Assembly (NCBI GenBank): GCA_965235115.1
Contig: OZ249441.1
Coordinates: 12,772,001 to 12,836,000 of the forward strand
Source of the DNA: Laetmonice hystrix
Taxonomy: Eukaryota
Reading direction: 5' to 3'
Length of the DNA: 64,000 bases
Under the pieces are notes generated by a model that worked only from the letters and a program-made list of their open reading frames with translations, was not told the DNA's origin and did not search any database. The position numbers and the translations under genes are program-made. Position 1 is the stretch's first letter. Every line of letters starts with the position of its first letter. Positions 37,424 through 54,743 of this stretch are shown piece after piece.

Positions 37424-39753
37424 GAGAGTCAGGCTACCCCCAGGGGCCCCCTATGGGAGGGAACCAAACCAAAACCATCCCATCATCTCCCCCTTGACCT
37501 AGGCTAGGCCTAGACCTAAGATTGTCCCCATCTAATCATTTCTAGGTAGGCGGACTCGTACCTAAAGTCGACCTCTCAAGTGGCACCAAGAGAGTCAGGC
37601 TGCTCCCAGGGGCCCCCTATGGGAGTGAACCAAACCAAAACCATATCCCATCATCTCCCCCTTGACCTAGGCTAGGCCTAGACCTAAGATTGTCCCCATC
37701 TAATCATTTCTAGGTAGGCGGACTCGTACTTAAAAGTCGACCTCTCAAGTGGCACCAAGAGAGTCAGCCTGCCCCCAGGGGCCCCCTATGGGAGGGAACC
37801 AAACCAAAACCATCCCATCACCTCCCCCTTGACCTAGGCTAGGCCTAGACCTAAGATTGTCCCCATCTAATCATTTCTAGGTAGGCGGACTCGTACTTAA
37901 AAGTCGACCTCTCAAGTGGCACCAGGAGAGTCAGGCTACCCCCCAGGGCCCCCCTATGGGAGGGAACCAAACCAAAACCATACCATCACCTCCCCCTTGA
38001 CCTAGGCTAGGCCTAGACCTAAGATTGTCCCCATCTAATCATTTCTAGGTAGGCGGACTCGTACTTAAAAGTCGACCTCTCAAGTGGCACCAAGTGAGTC
38101 AGGCTGCCCCAGGGGCCCCCTATGGGAGGGAACCAAACCAAAACCATCCCATCATCTCCCCCTTGACCTAGGCTAGGCCTAGACCTAAGATTGTCCCTCT
38201 AATCATTTCTAGGTAGGCGGACTCGTACCTAAAGTCGACCTCTCAAGTGGCACCAAGAGAGTCAGGCTGCTCCCAGGGGCCCCCTATGGGAGTGAACAAA
38301 ACCAAAACCATCCCATCATCTCCCCCTTGACCTAGGCTAGGCCTAGACCTAAGATTGTCCCCATCTAATCATTTCTAGGTAGGCGGACTCGTACTTAAAA
38401 GTCGACCTCTCAAGTGGCACCAGGAGAGTCAGGCTACCCCCAGGGGCCCCCTATGGGAGGGAACCAAACCAAAACCATACCATCACTTCCCCCTTGACCT
38501 AGGCTAGGCCTAGACCTAAGATTGTCCCCATCTAATCATTTCTAGGTAGGCGGACTCGTACTTAAAAGTCGACCTCTCAAGTGGCACCAAGAGAGTCAGG
38601 CTGCCCCCAGGGGCCCCCTATGGGAGGGAACCAAACCAAAACCATCCCATCACCTCCCCCTTGACCTAGGCTAGGCCTAGACCTAAGATTGTCCCCATCT
38701 AATCATTCCTAGGTAGGCGGACTCGTACTTAAAATCGACCTCTCAAGTGGCACCAGGAGAGTCAGGCTGCCCCCAGGGGCCCCCTATGGGAGGGAACCAA
38801 ACCAAAACCATCCCATCACCTCCCCCTTGACCTAGGCTAGGCCTAGACCTAAGATTGTCCCCATCTAATCATTTCTAGGTAGGCGGACTCGTACTTAAAA
38901 GTCGACCTCTCAAGTGGCACCAAGTGAGTCAGGCTGCCCCAGGGGCCCCCTATGGGAGGGAACCAAACCAAAACCATCCCATCATCTCCCCCTTGACCTA
39001 GGCTAGGCCTAGACCTAAGATTGTCCCTCTAATCATTTCTAGGTAGGCGGACTCGTACCTAAAGTCGACCTCTCAAGTGGCACCAAGAGAGTCAGGCTGC
39101 TCCCAGGGGCCCCCTATGGGAGTGAACAAAACCAAAACCATCCCATCACCTCCCCCTTGACCTAGGCTAGGCCTAGACCTAAGATTGTCCCCATCTAATC
39201 ATTTCTAGGTAGGCGGACTCGTACCTAAAGTCGACCTCTCAAGTGGCACCAAGAAAGTCAGGCTGCCCCCAGGGCCCCCTATGGGAGGGAATTAACCAAA
39301 CCCAAACCATCCCATCACCTCCCCGTGACCTAGGCTGGGCCTAGACCTAAGATTGTCCCCATCTAATCATTTCTAGGTAGGCGAACTCGTACCTAAAGTC
39401 GACCTCTCAAGTGGCACCAAGAAAGTCAGGCTGCCCCCAGGGCCCCCTATGGGAGGGAACCAAACCCAAACCATCCCATCACCTCCCCGTGACCTAGGCT
39501 GGGCCTAGACCTAAGATTGTCCCCATCTAATCATTTCTAGGTAGGCGGACTCGTACCTAAAGTCGACCTCTCAAGTGGCACCAAGAAAGTCAGGCTGCCC
39601 CCAGGGCCCCCTATGGGAGGGAACCAAACCCAAACCATCCCATCACCTCCCCGTGACCTAGGCTGGGCCTGGACCTAAGATTGACCCGGGCATCTAATCA
39701 TTTCTAGATAGGCGGACTCGTACTTAAAAATCGACCTCCCAAGTGGCCGTCTC
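37424..39753 (+). repeat. Tandem array of 14 copies of a 163-169-bp unit (left arm of the foldback element)
   Basis: Unit starts (GAGAGTC/GTGAGTC/GAAAGTC) at 37424, 37590, 37759, 37926, 38094, 38257, 38424, 38591, 38757, 38924, 39087, 39253, 39421, 39585. The unit contains GGGGCCCC, AACCAAACCAAAACC, CTAGGCCTAG and GTCGAC. Confidence 0.97.
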
Positions 39754-40520
39754 GAGAGTCAAGCCTCGAGAGTCAAGCCACCCTGCTTTTCGCCCGCCTA
39801 CTTAACGTGTCCCATTATGTAACAGGGTCGCATGAAGCCTAGATCTGCATAAAATATCAGCATCACTAACAATGAGGGCAGGTAGGGCGGAGGTCTGCGC
39901 TCTCGGAGTGCCCAATTTCCAGTTTATGGATGAATCTTGACCAATGTATAGATCACAAAATGGGAAATGAGTGATTCAAAAAACACAAAATACGTTAATA
40001 CTTGTTCTCTTTATTGAGCAGGAAAAAATCAAGCTGTTGTTTTTTATAAGGTCAAGTGTATGAAATCGAAATACATCTTGTTATAACTGATTTCCTAATA
40101 ATTTGAAAATTTAAATATGTCTAAATCAAGTATACACCTGCACGGTTTTCTTCTGTACAGTGATATAAGAATTGTTTTAGAGGAAATCGAAGAGAGCGAC
40201 ATTTCAATGAAATCATCTACCAGTCAAAGCAAAAAATACTGAGAGTATTACAAAGTTTAAAAGTGTAAAAAAAGATGGTACCGGTATGTATGCTCTTACT
40301 GTATTTGAGTGTGTGTCTAAGTGGCGAAAAAAATCAAACATTATGCGTATCGACGCAGATTACACATCTAGGCGAAAAAGCTCAAATAACCAGAAAAGTG
40401 TAAAGAAAAATAGTTACATTGCAACATAAAACAAAAAATAAGAAAGACCTGAGCTACATGTCAAATATCCATACCTCACTTATTGCCAGAGGGATTAACT
40501 GCACCGGTTATAGAATCAAC

Positions 40521-40934
40521 AGAAATGATTAGATGGGGACAATCTTACGTCTAGGCATATAGCCTAGGTCAAGGGGGCCCCTGGGGTCAGCCTGACTCTC
40601 CTGGTGCCACTTGAGAGGTCGATTTTTAAGTACGAGTCCGCCTACCTAGAAATCATTAGATGGAGACAATCTTAGGTCTAGGCCTAGCCTAGGTCAAGGG
40701 GGAGGTGATGGTATGGTTTTGGTTTGGTTCCCTCCAATAGGGGGCCCCTGGGGGCAGCCTGACTCTTTTGGTGCCACTTGAGAGGTCGACTTTTAAGTAC
40801 GAGTCCGCCTACCTAGAAATGATTAGATGGGGACAATCTTAGGTCTAGGCCTAGCCTAGGTCAAGGGGGAGGTGATGGTATGGTTTTGGTTTGGTTCCCT
40901 CCCATAGGGGGCTCCTGGGGGTAGCCTGACTCTC
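40521..40934 (-). repeat. Inverted copies (~2.5 units) of the same 167-bp repeat (right arm)
   Basis: Reverse-complement units end at 40934, ~40767 and 40600. The innermost partial unit has an internal deletion joining two G-runs (AAGGGGGCCCCTGGGG). Confidence 0.95.
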
Positions 40935-41300
40935 GAGCGACCAGAGCCAATGTATACGGTATAGTAGGCTACCCCCGAAATATTAATAATGGTCTGCTCC
41001 TCTAACCGCTGTACTGGCACCTCCCAGAAGGCGCTCTCGCACGCGCGAGAAGGGCCAGTCCCTTGACCTTCACTTCACTGTCGCTCCCACAAGACAGGTG
41101 CTGCTCCTGGCGGGAATGTCGCGCGAATCACCTTCCACCCTAGTCTAGCCCGTTTATCGTCTCCGAAATCCCATAGGCCCTAATCTAAAACGCAGACAAA
41201 TAATTTTGATAATTGTTATTATTATCAACAAAGTACTTGCATTATCAATTGTTCTTTTCATTTTGCACATTGTGTAGCAGGCGGGGGCCGCAGCCTTGAT

Positions 41301-41346
41301 CATCACGCCCTCTGTTGTTGGCATATTAACCCAATAGAGGGCGCTG
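41301..41346. promoter_or_regulatory. Pair of divergent CTCF-like motifs
   Basis: CCAATAGAGGGCGCTG (+, 41331-41346) and ACAACAGAGGGCGTG (-, ~41304-41318) both resemble the CTCF core CCASYAGRKGGCRS. Motif match only. Confidence 0.35.
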
Positions 41347-42054
41347 TGACAAATATATTCTCCAATCAAAGAGGCCTAAAATCTGTCTTTAAAGCGCAAC
41401 TTCCGCTATTGATGGTGGAGGAATGGTCTTGTCTGCAAAGGATTTTTGAAGCTAATTTTGTTCATAAATCCCTTCAGTATTGCGTGTAAGTATGACACAT
41501 ATCTTGTTTTATTAACTTGGCTTACTTTCATCCTATATTAATGAGAAGAAAGTTTAGGCACCATAGACAAATACCAATCAGACTCCCGCCCTTTTTTCTG
41601 AAATTGAATAAAATTATTCAGTCACCGAGTGACTGACGACGGTGAACTTAAGAACGTGTTCTTTGATTCAGATCTATCACGGGCGGAATTGACTGGAACT
41701 TTTTTTCACTTAGTCTTAGGCCTACCTGAGTTTTTGAAAAGGGAGTCGCTGAAGCTGTCATCTACATTACTGTCCTGCCAAGTCTACCGCACTTGATTGA
41801 CACCTCTGGCACTGCAAGCATGATAGATCTACTTGATAATGACATTGATACTGAGTGATACTGATAGGTACTAAGTGATAGGGTACCAAGCATAGGTGGC
41901 ATGAATCTCCTGTGGTGTATTGCGGAAATTTCTCCAGTGCATTGCCGATTTTTGCTTTGTCTGCAAGTTAGAGTATCCCACATTGAGTATTTCATGCCTC
42001 ATATATACCTCGTTGACGTTGTCCTTGATACCTCCTTTGCAATGTCAATGATGT

Positions 42055-42346
42055 CAGTGGCGGATCCAGCGGGGGGGGGGGGGGGATGTGCCCCCTCCCT
42101 CGGCAAAACTGAGAACTCCCTTCATTTTTCCCAGGAAATTAGACACCCGGGGCTCGCCCAGTCCCGCAGTGGTCCCCCCCCCGGCAACACCATTTCACTA
42201 AGCCCCATATTAGGTAATATGTTGCCCGTTCTGGTGACGTGCCCTATTGCTTTAACGTTGGTGACATTTTGACGGGCGACGTTGCCAGCTTAGTGAAACG
42301 GGGCCCCAGTGCCCACTCGGCAATGACCCCTCTGGATCTGCCCCTG
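42055..42346. mobile_element. CAG(T/G)GGCGGATCCAG-type MITE upstream of the first SMARCAD1 coding exon
   Basis: CAGTGGCGGATCCAG ... CTGGATCTGCCCCTG, with GATGT on both flanks. A related right end CTGGATCCGCCCCTG ends at 31749. Confidence 0.75.
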
Positions 42347-42569
42347 GATGTCAGTAATTTTACAGAGTTTTCTGTAATTTTGCCTGTTTTAGTGCATGAC
42401 ATAGGTACACGGTCACAGAGCCCTACTTATTGGAGACTCTTAATTTGCATGCCCCATTGTGAGAACTAGACCCTACGTGTAATCATGGTCATGTGATAAA
42501 TAAAAATTGCGCTCCAGCATGCCTCGTGAAACCCCGTGAGCCTATTTACTTTTTTCTCCAGCAAATAAA

Positions 42570-51288
<8,719 letters not shown>

Positions 51289-53778
51289 AGAAAACCATAG
51301 TGCAATTAAGACAGTTAAATCTGGCCAGTCTTTTGGAATGGAGTGATTCATGGTATAGACGGTGTGATTGTACATTTCATTCGGGAATAATGTGGTGCAT
51401 ACAGCTTCTATTAAACGAACTATAAGAGCCCAGAACAAAGACGCATTCCAATTCGGCAACTAGAGGTTTACTTCCCACTGCTGTACGAGAGGGTCGCTCA
51501 TATAAAATGATATGTAGGCAGACAGCAGACAGACCAGACCTCTGTTTTAGGCGAAGTAAGGACCAGAATGTTGGAACTTCAGGTTTTGGCTTTCATGTGC
51601 ATTTAAAACAGACAAGATGTGCTTGAGACAGTCATGAAGTAGGTCCAGTTAATACGTACTGGCCTTTATGGATTGGTACTAATAAATCAAATCATTCAGC
51701 TTCAACAGAAGGCCAACAAAGTATTTATAACTGAAGTGCTTGTATGATAAAAATAAGTTGGAAGTGTAAAGTGGGATGCTCATATGTCGAAATGGTGTAA
51801 ATATTGAGAGTAGTAATTGGAAAGCAGCATGATTTATTTCTGGAATGTATGGCACGTTTTTTTCGTTGGGAAGGGGAAGTTGGTTGGTCTTATGCTATCA
51901 GTCCTGGTAAAGATCTCATTTAGTAGGCCCCTATACACAACCGAGGGGTTATAAAAACATTTACTTACAGCTTAATTTCTTAGGAATATGGCGACTGTAC
52001 CCATCCAGAGAGGGGTGTGCTGTTGCCGTCCCTGCATGGGAAGCTATTTTGAAATGTCTTGATTAGTCCTTGTTGCACATACACATAGGCCTACTATGCT
52101 AATATAATTCCTGTGAATGAATGCGTAAGACATATATTCTAAGAAATAGAGGTACGGTATGCATGACAATTATAAATTACGGTTAAAAAGGTATTTATCA
52201 GTGTGGTAGGTGCTCTACACATGAAGCCAGTGAGATTCTTTTTGATATCATTATTATTATTATTATTAAGATGTGCTGAAGTGTGCCAATTGTCAGGAGC
52301 AAAGGAGTATGAATGATCTTTATTCTGTTTTTGAGTTGTCAGCTCAGAGCAGTTTATGAACAAAAAGGAAAATTGGCCGGGTTGCTAACTGGGGGTGTTA
52401 AACCTCTACCCCCCACCCTCCCCCCCCCCCCCCAGCCGTGGATCCGTGCCTGTGCACCCCTAGCTGCTGGAAGTAACCCCCGTGCGTCCACTGCCTCTCT
52501 CTCTCACTTTGTCATGTGGAGGCACATATATATGTGCAAAGTGAGCACTCATTAAAGCGTAGTTATAAACAATTTTTCATTGTATGTTTCTTGAGCACAT
52601 TCACCACTGGAAGGAATTAAAAGATTTTGAGAAGACTACCCGGTATTTTGTGACATGATATTCATGGTCCGACCCCTCCATCCAAGCCTTGGTCTGGATA
52701 TGTCACTGTCAATCACCCTATCCCATCTTTGGTAGCCTTATTATAAGTTATAAGGCTTATTTAATATTTAATAAACTATAAAGGATCCTTTGTTTTTTTT
52801 TCAGTGAAAAAAAAAGTATAGGGGCCTAATCATAATGATTTTAAGAAATTGACGGGCACCATTACGCAGTTACTACGCATAATTATCCCATGAAAAAGAC
52901 ATGGGCACAGATGTACCCCTTGATCCTCTTGGATCAGGGGTTAGTGCCAACCAGTGCCAACAACCAAGGCACCGATCCGTTTTCCCGCATGTTGCGTTGT
53001 AACGGGTATCGGCAAGAAACCAATCCTCAAAGGTCAAGGCCGTTCGTCCATTGTAAACAATTCCGATGTCTGAAGCGGGGGAATTTAGTGTGATGTAAAA
53101 TTTTCTCCAAGTTACACTTCTATCTGTTGATTCTTGGATCACCTTTCCCAGGTAATATTTTAGATGGATCACTTATGTGCATTTATGTGGTATCACAGTA
53201 TGTGATTGTTCCTTCGGAACAGAATAATACCTAGATTTCGTGGAGAAGTCGTACTCTCCCAATCCACCGTAACGCAAAGTGGAGTCAGCATAACGGCCAC
53301 ATCATATTAGACCACATTTTAAATTTTCCTCACGAGTTTCGAAGAGCACGTAAACTGTTTCTGGAGTTACATGGCCTAGTTAATCTGGAAACGACGCAGG
53401 ACTCAGTGGTAGTAGTACAATTCGTTAGGTACAGTCTAGGGCGACCAAAACCGTTGGGCCTACGCTGTGTGTAGACGCCTCTCGCAGTGCCTTCTAACGG
53501 TGATTCCACACATTAAAACGTTTGCCTAGATCTCGACCTCGGTCCTCGGGACAACGATTAAAAAGGGCTCATTTAGATTTTGCAACACTCACTGGTCGTG
53601 ATGATGAACTGAAGCATGACGGACGTAAACAACTTTAGCAGTCCTGACTCTGAGTCTGACCGAGTTGTTGCCTGGCTGACCCGTGGCCGTGACCTCATTT
53701 CTAATTCTATGCACAATCAGCTGTGAGCGTATGGGCATGGCGCGCGTTTGTTATTGTTGCATCCCTTATAGTTACCCT

Positions 53779-53806
53779 CATAGACATATAGAATTTTATG
53801 TCTATG
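53779..53806. mobile_element. 28-bp CATAG...CTATG micro-hairpin flanked by a 7-bp direct repeat (minimal transposon derivative)
   Basis: TTACCCT|CATAGACATA-TAGAATTT-TATGTCTATG|TTACCCT. Confidence 0.6.
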
Positions 53807-53984
53807 TTACCCTTTTAGTTTTACGGATTTAACAATAGATAATAGTTGGCAGCACCATGGACCGTGTACTCCTAGCCAATATATCGACCCACTCACTGCG
53901 TTACACTACAGTTCTCCACGCGTAGCATTAGAAGGATGACTACATCTAGTGTACTCCCAGCTCCAGATTATGCTGAACTGATAA

Positions 53985-54436
53985 AGTTGAAATTAATTTC
54001 TTGTTTTACATGACTCATTTTTTAAAATATTTTGGGGGAGGGTATTTTATATTTTGTATTTTTTCCACATGAAATATTGGGGAGCATGAGGCTTTGAGGG
54101 TATTTTATATTTTAAATCTTTTTCGCATGAAATAATTCTTAAGGACGGATAAGGTTGGGTAGAAGAATGAACCTAAAACTTTTATTCAGGCCTTCCACAT
54201 TACAATGAAGAAAGATATCTTTGTACCTAAACAGCCAATATTAATCAATCTGTCTTGCATGTTCAGTGTTGCCAGGAGCGTGGGGAACTGGATTGGGATT
54301 AATAGACTGAAGTGGGCGTGCGCTTGTTTTGAGGTCAAAAAAGTGGCTTTTGAAAAAATATAAAATATAAAAAAAATCAAGGTGGCGTTGAAAATCGAGG
54401 CGGGCGGTAATGAAAAACAAGAAATTAATTTTAACT
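53985..54436. mobile_element. MITE-like element upstream of the FBXL6 large exon
   Basis: AGTTGAAATTAATTTCTTGTTTT (53985) is inverted at AAAACAAGAAATTAATTTTAACT (ending 54436). Internal ~40-bp direct duplication GAGGGTATTTTATATTTT. Confidence 0.55.
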
Positions 54437-54743
54437 GGCCTTAGTCCACCTTGATTATTTGCAACAAAATCTTTTTTGGGGGTGGGGGACGGGAGCTAAT
54501 AAAAAATATTTTCCAGGATCCAGGAGGCCTGTGATTATTTTAAAAATTAATTTTCATTGTGTAGACCTGTGTATGTAGCTTGTAAACCTCATTCTGACGA
54601 TTGGGAAGCGTTGTGGATTTTTTGTGGTAATTAATGTAACATGCTTTTTAAAACCGTTTTTAGGGCAAGATATCGGCGGTGAATATCAGAGGGGATGTGA
54701 ACTTGTCAGTGTTGCTTTCCATGGAAGCGTGTTACAAACAACG

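Larger units (their letters stand above)
37298..41038. mobile_element. Foldback-like non-autonomous element with long modular inverted arms
   Basis: The left end GAGAGCGCCTTCTGGGAGGTGCC...AGTACAGCGGTTAGAGGAGCAGACCATTATTAATATT...CTCTGGTCGCTC (37298-37423) is the reverse complement of 40935-41038, apart from a 21-bp duplication on the left. Inner arms are tandem ~167-bp units in opposite orientations. AT-rich non-coding middle ~39780-40520. No TSD found. Confidence 0.75.

Noticed and set aside
37551-37561. Pol III B-box-like GGTACGAGTCC (minus strand) in repeat units
   Set aside because: It mismatches the invariant T of GTTCRA, many units read GGACTCGTACTT, and there is no properly spaced A-box or tRNA fold.
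37424-39753. CRISPR-like or RNA-gene array interpretation of the 167-bp repeats
   Set aside because: Units are near-identical along their whole length with no unique spacers. The context is eukaryotic with no cas genes, and there is no 5S, tRNA or snRNA similarity.
53592-53666. C/D-box snoRNA-like pattern (GTGATGA...CTGA with short terminal stem)
   Set aside because: No recognisable rRNA-complementary guide. It lies in a CpG-rich putative first exon rather than an intron and is better explained as leader sequence.
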